From Tubulanus polymorphus (lineage: Eukaryota > Animalia > Nemertea): a stretch of DNA of 64,000 bases. The notes below the pieces were generated by a model, which worked only from the letters and a program-made list of their open reading frames with translations, did no database searches and had not been told where the DNA came from. Positions 26,863 through 38,985 of the stretch are shown here, piece after piece. Made by a program: the position numbers and the translations under genes. Location: contig NC_134033.1 of NCBI RefSeq assembly GCF_964204645.1, forward strand, positions 10,176,655-10,240,654. Reading direction: 5' to 3'. Each line of letters begins with the position of its first letter. Position 1 is the first letter of the stretch.

Positions 26863-27038
26863 CAGTGGAACCTCGATATAACAAACTCGGATACAACGAT
26901 TCATCAGATATAACAAATAAAGAATTTCGTCCTGAGAAAGAAAATTTGATTGATTTCATACTTGATTTCATACGAACTAACGATTATAACGAACAGATTT
27001 TCCGGTCCCGCGAAGTTCGCTGTAACGAGGTTCCGCTG
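26863..27038. mobile_element. Tc1/mariner (pogo/Tigger-like) MITE
   Basis: TIR CAGTGGAACCTCGATATAAC / GCTGTAACGAGGTTCCGCTG; right flank TA, left flank TG. Confidence 0.75.
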
Positions 27039-27119
27039 TAGCAGCTATTGCTATATTACATTAAATTTAATGTATAACAGCAAGCTGCTATTACACTCTT
27101 TCAATCGTTTCATTCATGT

Positions 27120-27176
27120 TTTATGAAGATAGCGAGAAATATTCTAAAACAGCCAGAACATTCGATTTGGGAATGA
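27120..27176 (+). pseudogene. Second orphan ATP-grasp terminal exon
   Basis: Reads FMKIARNILKQPEHSIWE*; the acceptor AG and first codons are deleted. Confidence 0.8.
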
Positions 27177-27904
27177 ATTTTTAGTCTATCAAAGCAAGAT
27201 CTCATTCTTAGGCTTTTTCTGCTGCTTCATACTTTGTTGCTGAAAAATAATTTCATATATTTCTCGAATTTTAGAATCACATTTTTATACAATTTAAGAA
27301 TCACATTTTTATCATTTGAATACAAAAAAATGTGTTTACGTACGTCTTAGTACTACTTTATGGAAAATGGATCATTTGTGCTTACTTTTCTTCACAAAAA
27401 GTGCCGAATGATGCTTTTTGTTTTAATTGCGATACATGTACTCGTGTAATGTTGATCAAATAATCAAAAGGTGAGCAGTTATTACTTCTTGGCAATTAAT
27501 TTCCTAGCGCATGAGTTACATAAGTAAAATTTACAAGTTACGTGAGACCCGAGGTAATTGCTACACACCGCACTGTATTAGTAAAATATTGATTATCATG
27601 ATTTATCGTCTGAAAATCATAGGTAATAAAATCGAATTTAAATTTTTCCTTTTATTTTCTTTAAATTATTTGCTTTAAATTCTTCCTGTGAAACTTGATT
27701 CTGCGGCCCAAGTCCGATATACGACATTATAGTGCAACGTGTAGAGATACTTTTGGAGTAAATCGGGGAATTAATGCGCAAGCTGAAATATATAAAAGCG
27801 TAGTAATATGGAACTAAAAGAAGTTCCATGAAAATAGATCCTTGATTGGGGATCATATTTTACAGCTGATGACACGCGGCACCTTACATACTAGGGTGAT
27901 GACT

Positions 27905-28225
27905 CTAAATGACGGTTGACAGATGACACCCAACACACAAGTTAGGTGACGACTCCACAGGACGGTTGACAGCTGACACCCTACATAACAGTTAGGTGAT
28001 GACTGCACAGGACGGACGACAGGTAGACACCCTATACAACAGTAAGGTAATGACTGCACAGAACGGTTAACCGGTAGACACCCAATACAACAGTTAGGTG
28101 ATGACTGCACAGGACGGTTGACAGGTAGACACCCTACACAACAGTTAGGTGATGATCGCACAGGATGGATGACAGGTAGACACCCTCAGTAAGGTGATAA
28201 CTGTACCGGACGGTTAACGACAGGC
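27905..28225. repeat. 51-bp minisatellite, ~6 copies
   Basis: Unit ACAACAGTTAGGTGATGACTGCACAGGACGGTTGACAGGTAGACACCCT.. recurs at 51-bp spacing (e.g. 28091, 28142). Confidence 0.9.
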
Positions 28226-29910
28226 CTCTCACCTAGATTCCGTGTGAACGCGTATACTAATCGTCTAGTCTTCTGTTTCGAGGACATCTTCCTAATTAAT
28301 TATTCCCAAAAATCAATTGATATAATATTTTATATATCTTTTTAATTATATACTAGCAGGAAACTTGTCTTCGATAGGTTGGTTGATGTGCAGACATACA
28401 CATCAGTGAAGACATACAGCAGCGTCACATGTCTATAATATTAAATGATATATTCATGTTCCTTAACAGAGAAACAGTCTCCCAACTGCCAATGGTATAG
28501 TTCACCGATTCCTGAATTGAAGCCTCATAGTAACCCTTAACTCTCGACACGAACACACCCCGAGGCATCAACGTCCCGTAGACCGCCTCACTACAACAAC
28601 TCATACTTTTTTACAGGGATAACCCGCTGCCCGTGCACTAGTGGGGTCTCCAAACCTTCGGTTTGGTCCCCTAACCTCTATCTCTAAACCTAACCCGAAC
28701 CCTAACCCTAATCATTCACATTTTAAACTATGCTAAAAGCCTTCCCAAGGTTATTTAGGACCAACGATTTGTCAAATCAACATAAAAAACCACCCTTCCA
28801 CCAATTTTAATAGCTATCTAGATATATTATATTTGAATGTTATATATACATGCCTCTTTGTGTTTCGAAATGTCGATATCATCCGAATCATCCGCAACTT
28901 CATAATACGCAATGGATTTATGAGAGACAATGGAAATTATGAAGACAAATAGCAATTAAAGGGGTGGAAAAACTGTTTTACTTCTGTCAGTGCTGGTTGA
29001 CGGGTTGACAGGTTGCCACCTGTTCTCATAGTTTACTTTAGGTGTCGACTGTCAACGGTCAACTGCTGTGAACACTGACCGAATAACGCAGTGTAACTCT
29101 ACGCACGCACTATAATGTCGTATACTGGACTAGCGCCGATTCTGCTGCTTTACCGGATGCCAATATTTCGCTAAGCAAATAGTTCTACTAAAGGTTGGCT
29201 TGAAAATAGATTTCAAAGGCGGACCGACCTGAGCATTTCTAAGCTTTTATGTTGATACATTTATTCATTTAAAACAAATCGTGTTGAATAAATAATGTAT
29301 TGAATTTTACTTGGAAAAATGTCTGTATTCCTTTCATGCCACAAATTAATTTCGTCGAGCAAGGGACTGCAGAACTATATGATATTCAATCTAAACTTAT
29401 GTTTTAAAAATGAGCGCAAATTATCGCAACAATGGGGACCTCGAGGGACCGCCACAAAATGGCGCCGAGAAACTGGAAACTTCTTTATTATCAGATTTCG
29501 TGTATCACATATTACCACCGGAATAAAAGTTTCCTTATCACAGGAACAATACGGACCACTGTGGTGCCTAAACTATGAGACACTGTATTACGGATCCGTC
29601 CTAAATTCTTCAGATGATATTTCTATATTTTTAGAACTATAATATCCTATGATATAGATAATAATCAATGTAGAATACCAACAGCAACCGGGTGGCCCTC
29701 TCACAACGTTAATAGAGACACCCCGACAATCTTCTCTTCTAAAACTAATCCCTTTATAGTAAAGTTACCAGTTAAATATAGTTTCAGCTCTGTTTCATGA
29801 GTGTGGGAAACTTTCTATGTAAATCTGGCCGCTAATCGTTAAATAGTTCGCCCAGCGCGGTCGTTCAAAGAGTCTGGCGAGCGAGTATTATGTTAGCTCA
29901 GGCAGTCTTT

Positions 29911-30257
29911 AGGCGTTTTTATTTAAGCAACTCGTATAAAATCGCTTTATTCCGTCGATTACTGTCACGTGGTACAAATCGAATCGCCTTAAATAAATGA
30001 CCCTACTCTCCACAACCGGAACCTCAATTTTCTGCGATTGAAAAAGCCGCCATTTTGTTTTGATCTGTCACCGAACGCTCCACTGTCGTAGCAAATCGAA
30101 TCAAAGCGCTTCGATGAGCGATTTGGTCGCGTTGGGTACTCGCGTTGGCGATTTGGTTAGATAAATGGACGTTGTAGGCAAATCGTTGTAGGCGCGTTGC
30201 TTAAATAAATGGGCGATTCGATCCGTGTTGATTCGAGTTGCTTAAATAAAAACGCCT
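29911..30257. mobile_element. MITE (Harbinger-like)
   Basis: Perfect 24-bp TIR AGGCGTTTTTATTTAAGCAACTCG / CGAGTTGCTTAAATAAAAACGCCT; TTT on both flanks. Confidence 0.8.
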
Positions 30258-31102
30258 TTTGACGTTATAACTCATGACACACTTATCCGTTGCAACCCAA
30301 ATAAAATAGCTTGATATCGGACGTCATCTAACAGAATCGCCGACGATACGTAATTCAATGTGAAATTTATTTCAACATCGAGAGCTTCACGTGTTTTTTT
30401 TTTCTCATAGAACCCGATTCGCAGAACCGTCTGACGCGGAGTGACAGTGTTCTTATTTAGACATGTGCTGTAAAATTCGTAATTGTTGAGAATTATCTTA
30501 GGTCGATCTATCGTATTTCCAGAAATAAGTTAACGCTTAGGCCACATCGTGTTTTACCAGGCAAATGCGCTCTATACCATAGTATAGATCCGTCTATGCA
30601 CATTTACACTATATATACATTACGCATGTAATGTAATTATTGCGGCGAAAGAAGAAAAATTGACAGCAGCGATGTTCTTCTTGACTTGGTTTATTCTTTT
30701 TCACTAATGCTGGGTCGTCATATCATTACATTTTACACACATTTTACAGCGACTAGTTGAAGATGAATAGCTGATTGACTCAAAAAACAAAGTAATTAAA
30801 CTAAGAAATAACCCAATAAACCTACACTACAGATTACAGATACTGTTAACTGAGGTAAACTGATGACATAGCCTGCTTACCGAAATATTCCCAGCTCCCG
30901 GCAATTTTACAGCGAAAAAACGGTGACTAAAAAATTGTATACGTGTCATTACAAAACTAAAACCTCGACATCCACACACGCAGGGTAAGCGCCGTGATAA
31001 ACAGATAATACTAAAATACTTATTACTTGTACTATACATAACAGTAATTACATATTTGCTATTGTTATCCTACACGAGAAAAAACCACTGCATACAACAT
31101 GG

Positions 31103-32277
31103 ATGAGAACCTTTAAGGTAAAAATTGGAGTGATTTGCTACAACTGAAAGATGTAAGAGCGTCTAAAATCTGCATCGATGGTTTAAGAGAGAATGCGAAG
31201 GAATGTCACGAGTTTATGAATATAATTCGTTCAGCAGATGAAGATATATTTGATTTCACAGAGAGATGTATCGATATAGTGAAGAATGAACAAATAACTG
31301 GTTTGCTAGGACTACGTGATATATTGCGGCTATCATCGGTGCTGCAATCTGTGAAAGGTTACCTCAGATACCTGGAACATCATTGAAATCAGTAGCGATC
31401 GCTTTACATAAATATTACACTCGTTTGTATTTCGATAAAGAACAAGGTGGAATTGATTATCGATTATTGAGGTATGATGCTACCTGCCGAAATACACGAT
31501 GTTCTCAACCGAGTAGGATTTCCGTGTTTCGTGAAGTCGTACTCGGGCACACAATCAACAGGTGCGATGGAAATCAAGAGCGTGAATCACTTGCTTGAGA
31601 ATACCTATGAAGATACCTTGGATACCTATGAAGCTCTCGCGTTGAAAAGCAAATGGGAACGCTTAAATGAGGGTTTTCTATCTGAAGTAGGGGCTTTATG
31701 TCCGGAAGATGCTTTGATAGTAGAAAAATTGATAGACGTTGATGCAAGTGCGTTTGTTACTGTTGATGGGATCGTTGCTTTTGGTCATATTATTCACTGA
31801 GCTATAGTTGATATCAATATTTGGAAGGAGAACCCAGTTTCCCTCTCAAGTCTCTCAGCTGCCCTACTAACATAGCCGAGCATGCACAGAAGAATATATG
31901 GAAATCATTTGATATTGTCCTTCAGAGAATGATTGACCATGGATTCAATAATCAATGCGTCGTAAAAATGTTCATGTCGTATCGAACCCATAGAATGATA
32001 GATTTATTATCATAGAATGTTCAGTGAATCGATGCCACTCATTAAAACCTGCTCGAACGACGGTGACTTGTTTGAAGCCCTCCTGAACGTAAGTCAGGGA
32101 ATCGTCCCGCGAACTCCGACTCTGAATGGTAAACGATTTTTGTTAGGAATACCTACGAACATTTACGACGGATAAAGTGAAAAATCGTATTGATTTTGAA
32201 GCAGTGAAGCGACACAAGTTTCTCGAGATAGAGCAAGAGATGTTTTAAAACAACCTGAGCATTCGTTTTGGGAATGA
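31103..32277 (+). pseudogene. ATP-grasp paralogue 3, pseudogene
   Basis: Homologous throughout but split across frames (frameshifts near 31145, 31321, 31480); TGG>TGA at 31798-31800; deletions removing the E..EVN catalytic segment and the end of exon 1 plus intron; ends DVLKQPEHSFWE*. Confidence 0.9.
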
Positions 32278-32639
32278 ATTCTATTGCACATCAACATAGG
32301 TACCATTATCTTACTGCAGTAACCTTGCACATGTCGTACCTTGTCCCAACTGACAACTAACAATACCTGGGAGATCATCACTGGTTATCTGTAGATAAGT
32401 TGTAACTGGTATGAACCTTAGCAGAGATAAAATATCTCATACGTGTAAACATGGTGACTGTTAAAGGTTAAAACTGTTTTTGAAATTCTGTTTGGTTTTC
32501 ATTCTTTTTGCAGTTGTATAGACGTAATTGATTTTTATAAAGATCAACGAAACAACGATAGATTTAAGTTAGAGATAGAGTTATTGCCCCGGACCAAATA
32601 TCCACAGCTTAAACGGCGCCAAAATTCTATGTACATCTA

Positions 32640-32766
32640 AGACATCTGCTGCAATTAAGATTAACGGGCTGTTGCCTCAGATAAATCAATTATTAAAATC
32701 AGCGTGGTGGATTGCACAGAGCGTTGTTGGAAAGACTATACACGCGTTCGACAATATGTGGCGATG
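32640..32766 (+). promoter_or_regulatory. Putative promoter / non-coding first exon of GT31 gene 1 (duplicated at 35204-35297 for gene 2)
   Basis: ACATCTGCTGC...CGGGCTGTTGCCT occurs upstream of both GT31 genes, each followed by a TG|GTATGT donor (32767, 35298); both coding exons have a CAG|GAA acceptor just before the ATG. Confidence 0.55.
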
Positions 32767-33142
32767 GTATGTAACACTACTTTACTCACTCATATAGGCT
32801 AACAACGATGCATTATTATTCAAAAAATGAAGTCGATACCAACCGTTCGATGACACATTTATTTTCGGCACAAATTAAGCAATCTTCACATGGGTATGAA
32901 TACTTTACCAATCTGTAGCTAAGATAGGGGCACCGCCAACCCCGGCTTATCCTCTGGTGTTAGTATGGCCCAACTTAACATTGTAGATTATGTTGAATTT
33001 CGCTGCAGGATAGATAGAAATACCAGACCTACGTTCTTTATAGTTTCTACAATGACTACAGGATAATCAATAGAGCTATTAAAGAATGATTTTAATTGAA
33101 ATGTTTATTCTATATATTTTCTTCTACAGGAAGTCACCGCAC

Positions 33143-34246
33143 ATGTTGAAGATAGTCTTACTGTCGTTGTTAGTGGTGTTAATCCTTAACTGGTGCTGGC
33201 GATTGCCATCATCAGATGGATTAACAGCTGGAAATTCATTGACATATCAAGAGATGAAATCGGGACGAGTTCTTGCAACAGCACATGACGTGCGGCAGAT
33301 GCCGTGGGATACCGTAAGCGACACTGTACATGTAGCTGCACCAGTTCAGGGTAATATCACGATTTGTAAACACTCAGGCGTCATTGATAATTTCTCGTAT
33401 AAAAAACTCGATTTATCAATATTCACCATCAACTCAAACATCTGCAGCCAGTCACAACGAGGCTCCTCGAATATCAGTTTTATAATTATCGTCACGACGG
33501 CTGTAAATCGACAACCGGAAGTGAGGCAGGCGATTCGTGACACTTGGGGTTCGTGGACGAGAGACCCGCGCATGCGCGCAGCTGTAGTTTTTCTCGTGGG
33601 TTCACCGCACCCCGGACTCGATCCAAGGTTACTCGAGGCGTTGACGAACGAATCACGCCAGTACGGTGACGTCATAATGACCGAATTTGTCGATGATTAC
33701 AGGAATATGACATTGAAATCGATGGCAATGCTACACTGGGTTCAGAAGTTTTGTCCTAACGCACGCTACGTCATCAAATGTGACGATGACGTATTTGTGA
33801 ATGTACCCGTTCTAGTGCGCGATTTTCCACCGATGGAAAGCGCCCAAACCGGCATGACGATGCACGGAGTTGTAATGTACTCGGAAAAACCGTTCAGAAT
33901 CGCAGATGACAAATGGTGCGTCTCTGAGCGCAACTTCCCCCAAACAAAATACCCGTATTATTGTCTTGGTCCACTGTATGCGTTTTCCAGTCGACTGGTG
34001 GCGCCACTACTGCGAGCGGCGTATTCGGTAACTTTAATCCCGGTTGAGGATGCGTTTATTTGCGGAATAGTGGCCGAAAAAGCCGGAATCGAACGTAAAA
34101 GTCACAACGAATTCCCTATCGACGTTCACTATTCAATCGCTAGCGATTTTTGTAAGTTTAAAGATAAACAATTCGGCAGATTGGTTGAAAACGCCGCATG
34201 GAAACATGAATATTGGGAAAAATTAAACAGTGACATCGGATGTTAA
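33143..34246 (+). CDS. GT31 beta-1,3-galactosyltransferase-like glycosyltransferase 1 (type II membrane), single coding exon
   Basis: N-terminal TM (IVLLSLLVVLILNWCW); RQAIRDTWG, ESRQYGDVI, DDYRNMTLKS, KCDDDVFVN (DxD), YPYYCLGPLY, VEDAFICG are GT31 motifs. ATG chosen after the acceptor at 33129. Confidence 0.92.
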   Translation: MLKIVLLSLLVVLILNWCWRLPSSDGLTAGNSLTYQEMKSGRVLATAHDVRQMPWDTVSDTVHVAAPVQGNITICKHSGVIDNFSYKKLDLSIFTINSNICSQSQRGSSNISFIIIVTTAVNRQPEVRQAIRDTWGSWTRDPRMRAAVVFLVGSPHPGLDPRLLEALTNESRQYGDVIMTEFVDDYRNMTLKSMAMLHWVQKFCPNARYVIKCDDDVFVNVPVLVRDFPPMESAQTGMTMHGVVMYSEKPFRIADDKWCVSERNFPQTKYPYYCLGPLYAFSSRLVAPLLRAAYSVTLIPVEDAFICGIVAEKAGIERKSHNEFPIDVHYSIASDFCKFKDKQFGRLVENAAWKHEYWEKLNSDIGC

Positions 34247-34504
34247 CGCGATATACTGTCGTGTTATTGCTTCACCTTATTGTGGTAGAGGTCGTTTGGA
34301 TATGCAAATATTGTCAATGATTCCCTCTCGTGACACTGTACCTGCAGGTTCACCGCCTGGTGGCACCACCGAAAGCGGTTCTTGTCGCAATGTTAAAATA
34401 TGGCAACATCAATCCTGGCAACAAGACAGGCGATAAAAGTTTGCGGCATAGTCGTAATTATGTTATATTCGTTTGTATTCGTTAATTGTTACTATATTCG
34501 AGCA

Positions 34505-34800
34505 AGCGGTGCGTCGGGCGAGTGGTGAGAGCGTTCGACTCCGGGAAGCCAGTTCGTATGTTCGAATCCCGTACATTATCGTATTGTCCCCGAGCATGAT
34601 TCTTATCCTCATCGCCTCTCTCCACTCATGAATAAATGGGTACCTGTGGCCTGTTATAGATGACGACTCCGTGGCACTTATTAGCTGCACCGATGTTACA
34701 TCTCCCAATCCCAGGGAGAGATGAATGATAAATGGTTATAGAGTTATAGTGGAAGGTTAGGGCTCTGAGCAGCTTCGCTAGATTAAGCGCTATACATTAT
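34505..34800 (+). mobile_element. tRNA-derived SINE
   Basis: A-box-like GGCGAGTGG and B-box GTTCGAATCC; central AAATGGGTACC; 3' end AAGCGCTATA followed by an AT-rich tail; no intact cloverleaf. Confidence 0.7.
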
Positions 34801-35513
34801 ATAATATAATAATATATTATATCTTATTAACATAATATGCTTCGTCGTCGTTTATTCAGGAGGTTGTTGCTTGTCGGAGTACAATATCCGTCGTACCTGG
34901 CTTGGGGTAATAAATGAGGAGACCTCGGATCCACTACGGTTACGACATTATGAAATAGATTTCCACGCTATAAGAAAACGTTTCCGAAATGTTTCATTGA
35001 ACAAGTACTGTCAAAGTCCACTATTCCGCTGCCAACTCGTTCGATGCTAAGTGTTCACTCATAACATCAATATTTTTCAGTGAACAAATCAAATTCAATG
35101 GAAATACGCCATCTACAACACTTCATAAAAAATCTATATGTATATGTATGTAGGCCCACATGCGAAATCTTTGGACTGAAAGATTTTGTCCTTTGTATCA
35201 GAAACATCTGCTGCTATAAGACAGGCGGGCTGTTGCCTGAGATTCAATAGCCAGCGAAATCATCGCAGACTGAAGGAATACTGCTCAAAATTTGGTGGTA
35301 TGTATGCAGTCATAGATTGATTCAATGCAGACGTAGATATTTAACTATTTCGATATGTATGCCAAGTACAAGTGTTAACAGACGGGTTTGCTAAAACTGT
35401 TCTCTCCATTCCGTCCCCTCCTCATCCGACGGACGTTGTGACGCCGCTGTAAACAATACTTTCCTCTTTGTTCTCATAAACCCAACCCCTCGAAGAAATA
35501 GTATGCGCATTAT

Positions 35514-37148
35514 AGCTGCGTTCACACTAGGAGTTCAGTACAGTACTAAGCGTTAACACTTGGAAATTATTCGAGGTCTATTCGCGGCTAATTCAGTTCC
35601 GTACTGAAATACGCGGCTTAATAAGCGCAGTATGTGATTCCGCACCGAAAACTATGGTGGCTGATAAGGGCCATCAAAATATTTCCAGACAAAAAATAAT
35701 TTTGTCATGAAAAATAATTTTCCACCGAAAAATATTTTGTGGGTGAAAAATATTTCGTGAGTGAAAAATATTTCGTGAGTGAAAATAATTTTCCATCGAA
35801 AAATATTTCGTGAGTTAAAATAATTTCGTCATGAAAAATAAATTTCCATCGAAAAATATTCGCGAATGAAAATAATTTCGGTGTGAAAAATAAATCGCCT
35901 TCAAAATATTTTTTGTGAGTAAAAATATTTCCATCAGAAATATTTTCCTATGTCTCAAAATATCTTTGCTGTAAAAATAATTTCGGGTTTTCCCGTTTTC
36001 ACGCAGCAGTGTTTGTACCGTCAAGTACGTAGTGTGTATGTAGTGTGTTGAACGGGACATCAAGTAAAAGATGTCTTAGTTTTCGATCCTACGGCTACAG
36101 CAACTTGTATCCGTTATTTTTGCCCTTTTGTTGATATGAGGAGTCCATTACATTGACAAAATGGTTATTTCTAGATGGACCGGAGGAATCAAAATCAAGA
36201 GCCCTAATTTAATTTGATTTTGACTGTACAAATTTTTGGCCCTAATTTGTGTTCACATGGACTCGATGACGGCACCACCATCCCATCCTTCCTAACGTTA
36301 GGTCACAAGGATTCGTCACGACATTTTCGGATCAAAACCAATGCTCTACCCAAGTACTCTGATTTTACATGAGAGCTGTGCGGTATACCCTGTGTAGTTC
36401 ATGCACGCAGTGATACTATACTTGGGGCTAGTAGCGTGGATGAAATAAGTTCAAGTGAGACAGTTCAATCGACAAGCGCGCGCGCACACGCGTGAAGTAG
36501 CGGAAAAACCCACAATTATTTCTTACACAGCAAAAATATTTTAGTATCGGAATATATTTTGAAGGACGGCGATTTATTTTTCATAGCAGAACTATTTTTG
36601 CTCAGCATATATTTTGAAGGCGATTATTTTCATGAGAAAATTATTTTCGCTTACGAATATATTTTGATGGAAATTTATTTTGCATAGCGGAATTATTTTC
36701 ACTCACGAAATATTTTTCGATAGAAATTTATTTTTCATGAAATTATTTTCATTCACGAATATTTTTCGATGGAAAATAATTTTTATGACGAAATTATTTT
36801 CACTCACGAAATATTTTTCGATGGAAATTTATTTTTCATGACGAAATTATTCTTATGTCAGAATATATTTTCATGGCCCTTATCAGCCACCATAGAAAAC
36901 CCGAGCACAGTACGGAATTGAACTGGCCGCGTATTTGCCGTTGTGTGAACGCAGATTCGGCGCTTAGCTAGCCGCGTATTTACACTCCCCTCTATCGGAA
37001 CACCAGGTGACTACTATAGTGGGCTTAGTAAGTGCAGAATTGCCGACTTGCCGTGTGACGTTTGGCTGTGTAAGCGCCGTATTTTGGTGAATTTGGCACC
37101 AAAGAAGTACGGAACTTCATTAGCGCCGCATCTAGTGTGAACGCGGCT
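35514..37148. mobile_element. Outer MITE (Harbinger-like) carrying a nested element
   Basis: TIR AGCTGCGTTCACACTAG / CTAGTGTGAACGCGGCT with TAT on both flanks. Confidence 0.75.
35653..36894. mobile_element. Nested foldback-type non-autonomous element
   Basis: Termini TATGGTGGCTGATAAGGGCCAT / ATGGCCCTTATCAGCCACCATA; ~350-400-bp inverted arms of AAAAATATTTCGTGAGTG-type subrepeats; flanking duplication GAAAAC (or AAAA, depending on the end call). Confidence 0.85.
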
Positions 37149-37258
37149 TATATATCACATATTGGAAATTGGTCAATAAAACCGGCATTTCCTAATTTTC
37201 TTCCGCAACCATTAGATCACTAAAACAAGTAACTTATTCTGTATTTTTGCGCAGGAAC

Positions 37259-37468
37259 ATGAAGAGCGCGAGGAACACGCGTGGCGAAATTCTACGTGGA
37301 TATCGATCAATATTCTTAAGGAAATTCTTACCGTGTGTAGTGTTAGTGATAATTTTCTGTTGTGGTATTTGGTCGTCGCAATTATTTGAAACTTCATCAT
37401 TGTTTCGAAAACTTTTACGTGTCGAACCCGAGTTAACAGCACAGCAGCAGCAGCAGCAGCAACAGCTG

Positions 37469-37536
<68 letters not shown>

Positions 37537-38722
37537 ACAACAGTTGTGGTGGGATGCCGTTAACAACAAAATGCATAAAGCTGCACATGAGGTGAAGCAG
37601 CTCCAGCCGGATACAGTCAACAACACAGAACATATAGCTGCACCAGATGTGAAGCAGCTCCAGCCGGATACAGTCAACAACACAGAATATGTAGCTGCAC
37701 CAGATGTGAAGCAGCTCCAGCCTGATACAGTCAGTAACACAGTACATGTAGCTGCGCCAGATGTGCGGCAGCTGCCGTGGGATACCGTGAACAACACAGC
37801 ACATGCAGCTGCACCAGTTCAGGGTAATATCACAGTTTGTAAACACTCAGGCGTCATTGATAATTTCTCTTATAAACAACTCGATCTATCAATATTCACC
37901 ATCAACTCAAACATCTGCAGCCAGTCACAACGAGGCTCCTCGAATATCAGTTTTATAATTATCGTCACGACGGCTGTAAATCGAAAACCGGAAGTGAGGC
38001 AGGCGATACGTGACACGTGGGGCTCGTGGACGAAAGACCCGCGCATGCGCGCAGCTGTAGTTTTTCTCGTGGGTTCACCGCGCCCCGGACTCGATCCAAG
38101 GTTACTCGAGGCGTTGACGAACGAATCGCGCCAGTACGGTGACGTCATAATGACCGAATTTGTCGATGATTACAGGAATATGACGTTGAAATCGATGGCA
38201 ATGCTACACTGGGTTCAGAAGTTTTGTCCTAACGCTCGCTACGTCATCAAATGTGACGATGACGTATTTGTAAATGTACCCGTTCTAGTGCGCGATTTTC
38301 CAGCGATGGATAGCGCCCAAATCGGCATGACGATGCACGGATATCTGATTGACTGGGGTACGCCGTATAGAGTCCCATACCATAAATGGTGCGTCTCCGA
38401 ACGCAACTTCCCCCATAAATACTTCCCGAAATATTGCAACGGTCCATTGTATGCCTTTTCCAGTCGACTGGTGGCGCCACTGCTGCGAGCGGCGTATTTG
38501 GTAACTCTCATTCCAATAGAGGACGTTTTTATTTGCGGAATCGTGGCCGAAAAAGCCGGAATCGAACGTAAACATCACAGTGAATTCGAAGTATTTTGGT
38601 ACTACTCTCTTAATAACAATTTTTGTAAGTTTCAAAACAAAACAATAGGTAGATTGGTTCAAAGTCCCGCATTGAAACGTCAATACTGGGGAAAAATAAA
38701 CAGCAACATTAAATGTAAATGA
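37259..38722 (+). CDS. GT31 beta-1,3-galactosyltransferase-like glycosyltransferase 2 with polyQ and repeat-expanded stem
   Basis: TM FLPCVVLVIIFCCGIW; same GT31 motifs as gene 1 (KCDDDVFVN, IEDVFICG); intact ORF. Confidence 0.92.
37442..37815 (+). repeat. Coding (CAG)n polyQ plus five 57-bp (19-aa) stem repeats
   Basis: ~32 Gln followed by units such as APDVKQLQPDTVNNTEHIA; gene 1 has a single unit. Confidence 0.9.
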
Positions 38723-38985
38723 ACACAACACTACAACAAATAATCAGTATATAATCCAAAATAGTACAACATGCTACACCACAACATAATTCACCGTACC
38801 ACAACATAATTTACATTGCAACACACCATAATACACCGTCACCACAACAAAATACATAGTATCACAACATGATACACCACAACACAAAATAATATACCCA
38901 CAAACATAATGCACACTGTCAGTAACATAACATAATGCGCGGTGCCCCTACATGATAAAACATACCACACCTAATGTGACACAGC
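38722..38985. repeat. Degenerate ~20-bp tandem repeat (ACACCACAACATAAT-like) in the GT31-2 3' region
   Basis: Recurring CACAACATAAT motif starting right after the stop codon. Confidence 0.7.

Noticed and set aside
27853-28161. Cys-rich 17-aa repeat ORF (metallothionein- or keratin-associated-like)
   Set aside because: Arises from a 51-bp minisatellite; no signal peptide or gene context, so coding is unsupported.
27905-28225. CRISPR-like appearance of regular repeats (also 42751-42925)
   Set aside because: No unique spacers, no cas genes, eukaryotic context.
28668-28712. Telomere-like CCCTAA repeats (also TTAGGG at ~39900)
   Set aside because: Only 2-4 degenerate units, internal; likely part of a dispersed repeat.
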